Under the pieces are notes generated by a model. It searched no databases. It was not told the origin of the DNA and was given only the letters and a program-made list of their open reading frames with translations. From the NCBI GenBank assembly GCA_964016885.1, contig OZ024742.1, forward strand, positions 241,676,001-241,740,000: DNA of 64,000 nucleotides, read 5' to 3'. Shown piece after piece: positions 52,805 through 64,000 of the stretch. Both the position numbers and the translations under genes were made by a program. This stretch comes from Eledone cirrhosa. Its lineage: Eukaryota. Position 1 is the first letter of the stretch; every line of letters begins with the position of its first letter.

Positions 52805-52862
52805 TTCATTCTGAGGATTGAAAGCAAAATCTTTTGCTTTTAAGAAACCACTGGTAAATGGA
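52805..52862 (+). ncRNA. Type I hammerhead
   Basis: TTCATT-CTGAGGA-TTGAAAGCAAAA tc TTTTGCTTTTAA-GAAA-CCA c TGG-TA-AATGGA; relative of 50900-50959. Confidence 0.78.
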
Positions 52863-52983
52863 ATAATTGCCTTATGTTGTTTATTACATAATAATAATAA
52901 TTAAGCTCTGTTGCATACATAGAGCACTCTTTTTTCCTGGACTTTTCCGATGGAATTACTTCATTCACACATATATATATATG

Positions 52984-53093
<110 letters not shown>

Positions 53094-53094
53094 C

Positions 53095-53201
<107 letters not shown>

Positions 53202-53238
53202 AGCCTTCATTACGTTTATTCTGTCATTACTACAACAG

Positions 53239-53325
53239 AGGTCTGACGAGCTTTTGATTCCAGAGTTGGGCCAGATCGATACAGATCGAACCTTGAGCTA
53301 AGCAATAACGAAATGCGCGTCACCT
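53239..53325 (+). ncRNA. Type I hammerhead with ~60-nt stem II insertion ('family D')
   Basis: AGGT-CTGACGA-G...C-GAAA-TGCGCG-TC-ACCT. Confidence 0.65.
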
Positions 53326-53383
53326 ATCAATAAACGTAATGAAGGACTAACAAATCGTGCTTGTATTATTATACTACACTCTA

Positions 53384-53578
53384 GGGCGGTGGATTGGCAG
53401 TATCGGTAAAGGGTCAGACACCATGCCTTGCAGCATAGAGTTATGGCCCTTTATGGTCTGAGTTCAAATCCCGCCGAGGTTAACTTTGCCTTTCATCCTT
53501 ACGGGGTCGATAACATAAAGTACCAGTAATACGCTGGAATAATTGCTGGCCTTGTGCCAATAGTAGAAACAATTATTA
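53384..53578 (+). mobile_element. Full-length main-family SINE with imperfect TSD
   Basis: Starts GGGCGGTGGATTGGCAG; flanks TTATTATACTACACTCT / TTATTATCCTACAATCT. Confidence 0.9.
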
Positions 53579-53707
53579 TCCTACAATCTGTCTGTCTAGC
53601 TCTACACCTCACCACTGACGTGAACCTAAGCATCGAGTGCTCACCTGGGTGAACCTACAGTAACTTCATGTTACACTCCCTGGATATATATATATACATA
53701 TATATAT

Positions 53708-53804
53708 AATGGAAAAATTTGAACAGGGACAAAATAGAGAGGCAGTACAACGAATGTTTATTAATTTCACGCTCTGGAGAGTGGGGTGTTGGTGGGGGAC
53801 GACG
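53708..53804 (-). mobile_element. PLE pLTR end fragment, near-identical to 45238-45334
   Basis: AATGGAAAAATTTGAACAGGGACAAAA...GGGGGACGACGT. Confidence 0.8.
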
Positions 53805-53917
53805 TATACATATATACGTGGGTCAGCTGAAAAGTCCATAGGCTGACAAAGATGCTCCCATGTAATGACCAAATGAGGTTTAAAGAAACAATGCAGTTAT
53901 TAGTAAGAAGAGTTGGA

Positions 53918-54089
53918 AATAATTGTTTCTACTTTTACGCACAAGGCCAGCAAATACCCAGTACATTACTGGTACTTTATTTTATCGCAAAGTTAACCTC
54001 GGCAGAATTTGAACTCAGACTGTAAAGGGACCTAACTATGCTAGAAAGCATGGCGTCCAACCCTCTACCGATACTGCCAATTCACCGCC
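53918..54089 (-). mobile_element. Main-family SINE with internal deletion
   Basis: Family consensus. Confidence 0.85.
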
Positions 54090-54740
54090 ATGCAAGATTT
54101 CACAGCTTTAATATTACTCCTTCATAGACAGCATATGAACCTTTCAGCCGACCCTCTATATATACAAAGATGAAAAACGTACTTAATACAGTCTGTATAG
54201 CTTAGCTTATTTATTCATTTAAAGCTGATGACAAATTCCGTCTATAATCAGAGTTTTTAGGTCCGTCGTGACTCTATATACGATGAAAAGATGATTAATA
54301 TCAAATATCGGGATAACAACATCCTGTGGTAATTCTATACCACTACATACATCAATCTTTCAACGTGCGTGTACACCGCTCTTTCGCCTTTACAACCAAT
54401 ATACTTTCGTATTTTTACGTATCTATATATCGTTTCCTATCTTGGTTATATCATATATAAGTAACTTTACTTGGCTCTCATGCGGCACTATCAATTTTCT
54501 CATATCTACATCAACCTATCTGCAGAAACATAGCAATACCATATATTAAGATCCTTTAATTCTATTTTTTAAATATTCATTAATTTGCGCAAATATTCTT
54601 TTAAGTTAATGAAGTCATTTCTTTGATCTCTCCATTTTGTCTATCATTTTTATTTTTTAAATTTGATGAAATATGTCATCATTGTACTAAATCTCTTTCA
54701 GCTTTCTTCAAACCCACTGCACTCCACATTCCACATCACT

Positions 54741-54779
<39 letters not shown>

Positions 54780-54840
54780 TCCCCCCCTCTCTCTCTCTCT
54801 CTCTCTTTTTCTCTTATATATATATATATATATATATATA

Positions 54841-54937
54841 CAGTGTGTTCCAAAAATGTATACACGCTTCAACAGCCTTCTCATAAATATTGCCTGTACA
54901 GGTAATCAAAGTGTGTATACATTATTTTGGGACACCA

Positions 54938-54941
<4 letters not shown>
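54841..54941. mobile_element. Tc1/mariner-type MITE in (TA)n
   Basis: CAGTGTGTTCCAAAAATGTATACACGCTT ... AAGTGTGTATACATTATTTTGGGACACCATA. Confidence 0.6.
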
Positions 54942-54986
<45 letters not shown>

Positions 54987-55780
54987 CTTTCTAAGTGTTT
55001 ATTTATAAACATACCGTATTTCTTTAGACAAGAACCAGTTGAGTTCGAATTGCATCGACGATTGTCCGCCTGGTGGTGTTAGCTGCCAGTTTGTTATTCA
55101 TAGCTATGTCTTTCTAAATGTTTATTTATAAATATACCGCATTTCTTTATAAATACGAAATTCAAATACATATTTGTATACAGCTCATACCCCCAAAATT
55201 AGAATACGCAGCAAACTCACCAAATGTACATACCAAATTTAACTTGGCGTAAGTAATTGTAATTGAAAAGTTATACATGCAGGTATTTTATTAAAGGAAT
55301 TCTAACCATCCTAAAACTAAAAAGCCCAGCTGAGGGCACAAATAAATTGCTACGGTCGCTGGTGGGGCAAGTGCGTCCTTTCACCCCCCCCCCCCCATTA
55401 AACCCAACCTGCATGAGTGCAAGGGAGTAAAGAAATCAAGAAAGGATGTTTCAAATATATAACAGGTATTCAAATATATAACAGGCGAAGAATTTCTCGG
55501 CGAACATTTCTCAGTTACAAACTGAAAAAAAAGGAGCCGAACGTTATAAAAAAACAATGCTTAATGTGAATTGGATAGAAGTGGTGCTGCAAAACGACGA
55601 TAACAAGCAACAAGACAAGAAGAAACGGAAGCAAGGCTGGAGGAATTAAAAAATAAACAATATGACTGAAAGAATAGATAATGCAAGGCAAGAAAATGGA
55701 ACAAGTCTTGAAGCAAAAACATTAACAATTTTTGAAAGGAGACAGAAATAACACAATTTTTTTGGAGGCTTCTACGCTAG

Positions 55781-55812
<32 letters not shown>

Positions 55813-55858
55813 TGTATGTATGTATGTATGTATGTATGTATGTATGTATGTATGTATG

Positions 55859-55892
<34 letters not shown>

Positions 55893-56102
55893 TGTATGTA
55901 TGTATGTATGTATGTGCATGTTTGTATGTATGTATATATATATGTATGTGCATGCTTGTATGTATGTATGTATGTATATATGTATGCATGTATGTGTGCT
56001 AGCATGCATGCTTGTATGTATGTATCTATGTATGCATGCATGCCTGTATGTATGTATGTATGCATGCCTGTATGTATGTATGTATGTATGTATGTATGTA
56101 TG
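55781..56102. repeat. (TATG)n microsatellite
   Basis: Direct reading. Confidence 0.95.
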
Positions 56103-56930
56103 TTGACTTGTTCTTCTTTTTGGTAAATATCATCTTGGTTAAGAGAGTGGGACTGGCTTTGTGCAGTGCCTTTGCTCACTATAAAAGCTTCACGGCACAG
56201 GCATTGCTTTATATCTGGAGATCTCTCTGCACTTGTCATCACATGGTACCATGGGCCCAGCACTATGTGTCAATAATTGTCACAAGTGTAGTGTTTGTAC
56301 CAGAGTTTTCAAGTCGCTGGCTGGACTAAAAAGTCACACTCGTTCAGCGCATCGGTAGGGGTTCTCCTACATGGATATAAAGTAGTGGCCGTACTCGAAA
56401 ACGAGTTGGCAGCCACCATGTATGTATGTATACACACACACACACACATATATTATATATGAGTGTATGTGTGTCATACATACACACACATATATATTGA
56501 TATATATTTACATAGATATGCGCATGTGTATGTGAGTGGGTGCGTGCATGTAAGTGTGTGTGCGTGTGTGTGTGCGTGTGAACAAATACGCACGCGCGCA
56601 AATCACATCGCTGTGTCACGTCTAGTCTTTTTATTTAAATTGCTTTACTATTTTCTGTCTCTGCCCCCCCCCCCCCCACACACACACACACTCACGCACA
56701 CCCACACACATACATACACACACACTCACTCTCTCCCTCTTTCTCTTTCTTCCCTTGTTGACATTAACTATATATATATATCTACTGTTACGATTTACCC
56801 GTTTCTTATAAATATTTTCACACTCACCATCTTACCGTCACCGACTGACCCCCCACATCAAAAGAAAAAGATAAAGAATACAGAACTTCATCAATAAAAA
56901 CTCGATGATGATATTTACTTAATATATCCA

Positions 56931-57118
56931 GGGGGCGGTGGATTGGCAGTATTGGTAGAGGGTCGGACGCCCTGCTTTCCAGCATAGTTACGTCCCTTTA
57001 CGATTTGAGTTTAAATCCCACCGAGGTTGACTTTGCCTTTCACCCTGACGGGGGTCGATAAAATAAAGTAGCAGTAATGCACTGGGTAATTGCTGGCCTT
57101 GTGCCTAAAGTAGAAACA
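56931..57118 (+). mobile_element. Full-length main-family SINE
   Basis: Family consensus; TTACTTAATAT occurs on both flanks. Confidence 0.9.
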
Positions 57119-57445
57119 GATTACTTAATATTAGTAACAATTTAACTCCCTGTACCAGGTCTACAATCATTTTTTGGCTCCTACATACTCCCTCCCACTT
57201 ACTCCCACCCACATACTCCCTCCCACTTACTCCCACCCACATACGACCGCCACATACTCCCTCTCACATACGACCGTCACATACTCCCTCTCGCTCAAAG
57301 AAGAAAAAGAAAAAGGACGGTCTTTTATCACTATTTATTCTTCTTTATTTTTTTTTTTTTTTACCACCCCGATTTCTTTGCTCATATCTTCCACACCCAT
57401 TCTACCTACTGACCTATACCTCTATCCCTCCTTCTCTTTCTCTCC

Positions 57446-57504
<59 letters not shown>

Positions 57505-57641
57505 TTCTCTCTGTCTCTTTATATATATATATATGTGTGTGTATGTGTGGGTTTGTTTATATGTATATATTTATATATATATTATATATATGTATATATA
57601 TATATATACATGCACACATGAACACACACACACACATAATA

Positions 57642-57681
<40 letters not shown>

Positions 57682-57682
<1 letters not shown>

Positions 57683-57821
57683 AGTTTCAATATAGATGAG
57701 ATTCTACAGGACTAGAACTGTTTCATTCTTTAGAAATCATCAGGAATCATCAGAGATTCCTGATGATTTCTAAAGAATGAAACAGTTCTAGTCCTGAAGA
57801 ATCTCATCTATATTAAAACTT
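57682..57821. repeat. 140-bp palindrome with hammerhead-like core in each arm
   Basis: CTGATGA-TTTC taaa GAAT-GAAA-CAGTTCTAG-TC at 57760-57793; stem I pairing unclear. Confidence 0.7.
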
Positions 57822-58665
57822 TTATACTCTGCTTTGTATTGAGTACCTTACTTACTGTGGTTACCTCCGATTCAACCCGGAATAACGTATATATGTATAT
57901 ATATATATATATATACATATATATACACATATATACATATATTTATATATATATATACATGTGTGTGTGTGTGTATGTTTGTACGTATGTTTCTCTTTCT
58001 CTTAATTTCGAGGACATTTTTGCCCGGCTACCTTCCTGGTGGCAAGGTTGTAAAAAAAAAAGGAATTGTCATCCTCTGAATCGCAAGAATGTTTTGCAAA
58101 TTTTGTATGTATCTATGAATGTATGCATGTACGTATGTGTATATATCTCTAAGTGGTATCGTTTGATGGAAATAATGTGGAATATGAAAGGTGGTTATGC
58201 CTTGGAAGTCGCTACAATGCATGTGATGTGAATATTGAGGAAACAGAATCAGATTATAAATGACAGATGTGAGGTTGAGTGAAGAAGAGGAAGAAAAACA
58301 AGAACCAGAGATCATATTGCGTTGGTAATATTTATTAGTCCCAATACATATCGAATGTTCCCCATACGTTATCAAAGGATTCGTTGGAAACCTTGAAGAG
58401 GAACTTTTTAGGCCTCTGTGATGCCAGTTGGTATTAGTAAACTTGTAAATGTAGCACGATCAGGTGTACCGCCATAGAAATAACAGTCAGTTGGCTAACC
58501 TTTAATTAATTGTTCTCCCGGTCGCTGTTTCTGTTGCTCATGCGCACATGAATTCCTGACGCATAACATTGTTGACAATTGACGGTACTGTTCTACATAT
58601 ATACATACTTACACACACACACAGATATTCTCACATACAGATATATATATATATATATATATATA

Positions 58666-58803
58666 TAGGAGAAAGTATGACCCCGACGGCTTGAGCTCTG
58701 CCGTCGGGGTCATACTTTTTCCTATTTCCCACTCTACCACCCTAAGTATTGAGTACTCTGGTGCGTTATGGTCCATCTGGTTCCTTACCACAATTCCCTT
58801 GTT
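58666..58803. mobile_element. 'Family B' insert; palindrome centred on hammerhead stem III loop
   Basis: AAAGTATGACCCCGACGGC ttgagctct GCCGTCGGGGTCATACTTT; TA flanks. Confidence 0.85.
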
Positions 58804-58819
58804 ATATATATATATATAA

Positions 58820-58952
58820 TAAAAAGGACGATATGTTATGTCTTCATTACGTTTATTGAGTAGTGACGCACGTTTCGATATTAATCGACTCAAGGTTTAA
58901 TCTGTATCGATCTAGCCCGACTCTGGAATCAAAAGCTCGTCGGACATCTGTT
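58820..58952 (-). mobile_element. 'Family D' insert with degenerate hammerhead (CCGACGA)
   Basis: Reverse strand GT-CCGACGA-GCTTTTGATTCCAGAGTCGGG...C-GAAA-CGTGCG-TC-AC, AATAAA. Confidence 0.7.
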
Positions 58953-59065
58953 TAGAACGTTCTAAGTAATTTATAAACACGCTTATTATAGTTTAGCAAT
59001 TCTATTGCAACTTCAGAAATAAGCGTGTTTATAATATACTTTGAACGTTTATAATATACTTTGAA

Positions 59066-59143
59066 TAAATTTAGTCCTTCATCAGTGATCTTCCAACCTT
59101 CATTGGTATTTCATCGCTTTAAAGACCATATACCTCCGGTTGG
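59066..59143 (-). ncRNA. Permuted hammerhead-like motif (mirror copy)
   Basis: Reverse complement of 59181-59258. Confidence 0.75.
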
Positions 59144-59180
59144 TGCGTGCACCAACCGGAGGTATATGGTCTTGCACGCA

Positions 59181-59258
59181 CCAACCGGAGGTATATGGTC
59201 TTTAAAGCGATGAAATACCAATGAAGGTTGGAAGATCACTGATGAAGGACTAAATTTA
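59181..59258 (+). ncRNA. Non-circularly permuted hammerhead-like motif with kink-turn
   Basis: CCAACCG-GA-GGTAT-A-TGGTCTT-TAAAG-CGAT-GAA-ATACC-AAT-GA-AGGTTGG-AAGATCA-CTGATGA-AGGACTAAATTTA. Confidence 0.78.
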
Positions 59259-59303
59259 TTCATATGTAACCCATTTGCAACCACACAGCACGCCATGTTT
59301 TCA

Positions 59304-59358
<55 letters not shown>

Positions 59359-60120
59359 GTGGCTACATAATTCGTAAGCATAACAATTGGTAATATGTGT
59401 TATCTCCATAACTACGCCAAGACTAAAGCTTATTATGTAGGTCAAAAGACTAATATTTTAATCTCTAATTTGATTTTAGTTAATAGCAATGTGTAAATCA
59501 TTTTCTAGGCTACAAGGACTCTTAACATTCTTTTAGAATTTCATAATTTCTAAATTGTATTTAGGTTTAATGGGAAATGTTTTATTCTTTCTGAAGCAAA
59601 AAATCTTAAAGTATCTATATCAGTGTTATAGAATTATCCATGTCCCCTTTTTTCTCACTTGGCTTCATATTTGATGTTTTAATCAAGTGAATGATAAAAA
59701 TGTTAAAGTCAGTGGTAAAGTAGAAATGCGCTATATGATCTTAATTTTAGAGAAAAGGTATTTCTAACGAAGTGAAAAAAACTGAAAATACAATTATAAC
59801 AGAGAAACACAAGTGGTATTGAAATGATATTCTTCTGATACATATGAAACCAAAGATCCTAAAAATGAAAAGGATCACATTGAAAGAGGGAGAGAGGTGG
59901 ATAGAAGAGAGGAGAGAAAAGGAGGCAGACAGAAGGAAAAAGATACGTAGAAAATTCGTTAATTCGTTAGGCAGGGATATATATATATATATATATATAT
60001 ATGTTTATACATGTATATATATATATATGAAATACAAACCGATATATATATATATATATATATAGGTTTTTGTATTTCATACACACAAACATGCATTTAT
60101 ACACTCACACGCACATATGT

Positions 60121-60124
<4 letters not shown>

Positions 60125-60215
<91 letters not shown>

Positions 60216-60245
60216 GGGGGGCGAGAGAGAAAGAGAAAGAGGGAG

Positions 60246-60302
<57 letters not shown>
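60125..60302. repeat. (GA)n and (GATA)n microsatellites
   Basis: Direct reading. Confidence 0.95.
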
Positions 60303-61510
60303 TATCAGTGTTGTGAAAGAGAAAGTCAATTAGAGATAATGTGTCAGAGAATTACAATGACGAAGAAGAACAGAAGATTGGGTAGAAGAAATGGTGTATG
60401 ATGATGTTCGCTATAATTGGATGTTTCGTGTCTTTTTACTCATACGGAAAACTAGTACAGTTGTCTTTGACTTGATATGATCCTTACCCGTAGGGCTATA
60501 CTCAGTATCTTAACGAAGTGATATCTTGCTTCATTTATTAGTAAGTAAAAATAATTCAACAAGGAACTTTCCAGTAAATTAACAAACTGTATTCTTGCAA
60601 ATACACATCTCAGTTGGAGCACATATATAGGAATAAACACGCTTCTATTAAGGAAAGCATAGAGAAAATGCATTATATAGATACATACACACACATACAT
60701 CAGTTCATGTTTCAATAAATGGCTATGCTTTACACACATAACCGACATAAAGATACGTACATATAAACATACAGAGAAAGAAATCTGCATAGAAATATGC
60801 AAGTGGTAAAAAAAGCGTAAAGAACAGACAGAGAAAGCAGTCTGCACAGACACATGTGAATGAAGAAAGAAAAAAAAGGGCGGGGAGGGAATAATCATAG
60901 CAATATGGGAGTAAATGAAACGAAAATAATACTAACTAAATGAAAAAAAAAAACAAATTAAACGTTTAGAAAAATAAGCAAAATAGAAGTAAGCGAAGCT
61001 GAAAGCCGATTGCGCTGATTTTGCTAATTAATATTTATTATATTCTTTGACAAGTAAAAGCGCAACGTACTAAATGTCATGTAGTTCGAATCATTGGAAA
61101 TTTCCTTTCCAAAATTTCTTTTGTCACAATTACAATTTAGACAATAACTTGTTGGAATTGCATTTTATTTGCTCCATATATCGCATAGTTTGTATTTTCT
61201 TTTCTTTTCGTAAGTTCATTTAATTAAACTATGTAAAAATTTGATATTTTAAAACAATGATAAAAGCGGACTGTTATGGTTATATATAGTTATATGGTTT
61301 TATATTTGGTTCATTATTTCACTTTTGGTATTTTGTCTTAATGTGCCAAAGGTCTTTACTTTTACATTAATTTCTCCGTAGAAGTTTATTTTCTTGATTA
61401 AACTTATGAAAATTATTAGAAAGCAATGTAACACGATTAACAATATTCCTTTGATTGGTATTTTGACCAGATCTTGAAATATGAGAGCTGTTTGACATAA
61501 CAAATATCAA

Positions 61511-61990
61511 TTCTTCTTCTTCTTCTTCTTCTTCTTCTTCTTCTTCTTCTTCTTCTTCTTCTTCTTCTTCTTCTTCTTCTTCTTCCCGGGAGGGTCGTGT
61601 CGTAGGGACAGCCGCAAACACTCCTTCCAGAGGGTCCTGTAAGAAGCAACAGTCTTCAACTGATCCGGCTGGATCCCCCAAGCGAGACCAGCCAAGCTAA
61701 TGCATATTATCCAGCCATCTTGCTCGGGGTCTACACCTGAGTCTCCTGCCGGTTGGTTTTGCTAGTAAAATCTGTCTAGCGATTCTTTATTGAGACATTC
61801 TAGCCTCATGAACATAGTATCGGAGATACGATCCCTCAATTCGGAGAAGTAGCGGTTCTACCTGGAATGGCTTTCTGATCTCCATGCTACGATCTCTATT
61901 GAGTAACATTACTCCATAGACCCTTCGGAGGAACCCAATTTCTGGCGCTTGTATTCGTAATCGTATTCTTTCGGTCATTACCCAAGTATC
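61511..61990 (-). mobile_element. RTE-clade (Expander/Rex3-like) LINE 3' fragment with (GAA)n tail
   Basis: MTERIRLRIQAPEIGFLRRVYGV...VEPLLLRIE.S.LR..H..RM, continuing PTGRR.R.RPRARW; long (GAA)n tail. Confidence 0.85.
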
Positions 61991-62340
61991 ATTTCATAAG
62001 AAAATTTAGGCTTCAAAATGTTATGTTCCTATAAACCTATTGATAATTTGCTTGGCCATATACACAGCAAGAATTGCCATTTAATTATTCCTTTCACTTC
62101 TGTGGTGAGTAATTTAATATAGTTGGAAAAATATGAACACATAGCTTTTTATCTCTCATTGGACAGGAAAATATTTCGATCGTAGTTAAGATCTCTGCAG
62201 TGACTACTCATACACAGCTGTCTGTACACGGAGAGGGATATTACTAGCTAATTATAACCACAAAGATACATGTCGAACATTACCGTATTGTATCACTATA
62301 TATATATCACCCTATATGCTCATAAATATAGAATGGCCAA

Positions 62341-62407
<67 letters not shown>

Positions 62408-62499
62408 GGTATTTATGCTCCAGAAAATCTGTCGAGTGCTTCGAATCAGATATAAATATATATATTTGTTGAATTACCAACAAATTAAATATCCCTTTG

Positions 62500-62568
<69 letters not shown>

Positions 62569-62635
62569 AAGGTTTAGCAAATAATGAAAAAGTTTCAAAA
62601 TAAATTTTAAAAAATTGACTTTACCTACTATAGTT

Positions 62636-62718
62636 ACCTTTACCGATCGGTTTCGAATCCCCAAAATAAACGGAGGCCATACGGCCTTCGTTGCAAAGAA
62701 AGATTCTCGTCAGAAGGT
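62636..62718 (-). ncRNA. Type I hammerhead, intact, in a (TA)n-flanked ~310-bp insert
   Basis: Reverse strand ACCTT-CTGACGA-GAATCTTT...GGGGATTC-GAAA-CCG at CGG-TA-AAGGT. Confidence 0.85.
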
Positions 62719-62874
62719 TCTTTTCATTCGAAGAATATAAAATTCTTGAATTTAAATTACGAACTAGCGCTATCCAAAACTGTTCCCGAGATGAGAGTGA
62801 ATGAAGTGGAATCAATTTTTTCAAGGGCCGAAGTAAAGATAGAGGCAGAGGGAGGTAGGTCAACCGGCCGCAAC

Positions 62875-62906
<32 letters not shown>

Positions 62907-62947
62907 TACAAATATTAATAAAATAGATGTTCTTTTGATCAATTACG

Positions 62948-62998
62948 TTTTATTATGCATATTTCGGAAGTACAACAGTACACCCTCATCAGACAAAA
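62948..62998 (-). ncRNA. Type I hammerhead
   Basis: Reverse strand TTTTGT-CTGATGA-GGGTGTAC tgtt GTACTTCC-GAAA-TATGCA-TA-ATAAAA; related to 52198 and 29107. Confidence 0.7.
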
Positions 62999-63519
62999 TA
63001 TAATGATACATGACATACCCTGAGATGTTAAATGGTTAAGATTTAATCAAGGTAGTGATTAACCCAAGAGAAAATTCAACATTTATACCCCAATAATGAG
63101 AAAATGCGAAAACGTAGTAAATTCAATAGAGAATGTGTGAGTAAGAAAAAACGTTGGTTAACGTGACAGCTATAGAGATTTTAAAATGTGGGATACTACA
63201 AGTTATGTTTATCTAGGAAAACTTGTCATGAATTATAACAGTCAATGAGGGCCGCTGAGAGGGGATTTAGAGAGAGGGAGAAAGATAAGGGGGGGGGGAG
63301 TAATATATGCAGAAAGGGATTTTTTCCAAAAGCTAAACGGTTAAGTTTCAAAATATTTAATTTATGTTATTTTAGGGTGAAGAATCAAGATTTAAGGTTT
63401 TTTTTAAAATTAATATTTGTATTTTAATATTAATAACTCTTGAAATTTTTTTTTACCGTAGAGTGCTTCCAATCTACTGTAAAACTAATTCTCTGATATA
63501 CTCATTGAATCTAACGCCC

Positions 63520-64000
63520 TCTGGTGATGTCCAGCAGAAGCAAGAGGGACAACTACAACCGTCTATGCATTTCAGGCTTAACTGGCCATGGTCAGGACGG
63601 TCCCTCTCACGGCTTGCGACTGCTGGACTAGAAGACAGGCGAGAATATATAGTTTTCTCGTCTGTGTAAATGAGGTGATTAATCTCATTGCATATGAAGC
63701 TGCATAAGTTGGCTCAACTTATAATAGAAAAGAAATAGGATTTCGCTTCAAGCATAGCTTTATACAGTATGTATAAATATGTCGTATTTCCAAAGAAATG
63801 CTGTCTTAGGAAGCCCTAGCTATGCAAACACCGTCTGTGTAAATGAGGTGATTAATCCCTTGAGATTAATCACCTCATTTATACAGACGAGAAAAGTATA
63901 TATTCTGTCTTCTAGTCCAGCAGTTGCAAGCGGTGGAAGGCCAGTTAAGCCTGAAATCCATAGACGGTTGTCTCCCTTGCTTCTGCTGGACATCACCAGA
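63520..64000. repeat. Inverted repeat plus partial tandem, cut by the window end
   Basis: 63520-63688 vs reverse complement of 63861-64000; CGTCTGTGTAAATGAGGTGATTAATC repeated at 63659 and 63832. Confidence 0.9.

Noticed and set aside
59208-59250. Ordinary type II hammerhead (GAAA before CUGAUGA)
   Set aside because: Type II needs stem III, UH and stem I between GAAA and CUGAUGA. Here the partners of both stems lie upstream of GAAA.
59181-59258. Box C/D snoRNA or SECIS reading of the ATGA/CTGA motifs
   Set aside because: No terminal C-box/D-box arrangement and no 11-12 bp SECIS helix with an AA loop. The hammerhead strands plus k-turn account for nearly every conserved base.

Overview
AT-rich, microsatellite-saturated eukaryotic DNA. 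The SINE sequences suggest an octopus/cephalopod genome (inference), and no host gene could be identified with confidence. Main content: (1) a near-complete Penelope-like element (PLE; RT + C-terminal GIY-YIG, pseudo-LTRs each with a minimal hammerhead ribozyme) at ~7.74-12.10 kb (-), plus a second PLE 3' fragment at ~49.8-51.0 kb; (2) two head-to-tail L1/Tx1-type LINEs (~30.0-40.6 kb) sitting in (TATC)n repeats; (3) more than a dozen tRNA-derived SINEs, RTE-type LINE tails and a few MITEs; (4) many short non-coding inserts, mostly in (TA)n tracts and often fold-back palindromes or partial tandems, which together carry about 20 intact, degenerate or half hammerhead motifs from several unrelated families. 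The most unusual signal is a six-copy, two-subfamily RNA motif (19.6, 20.3, 42.6, 49.6, 59.1, 59.2 kb). It has all three hammerhead core strands in a non-circularly permuted order (UH strand, then GAAA strand, then CUGAUGA strand), covarying stems and a consensus kink-turn in the extended stem III. Two copies bracket a ~640-nt non-coding retrozyme-like unit. All structures were read by eye; nothing was folded or searched computationally.
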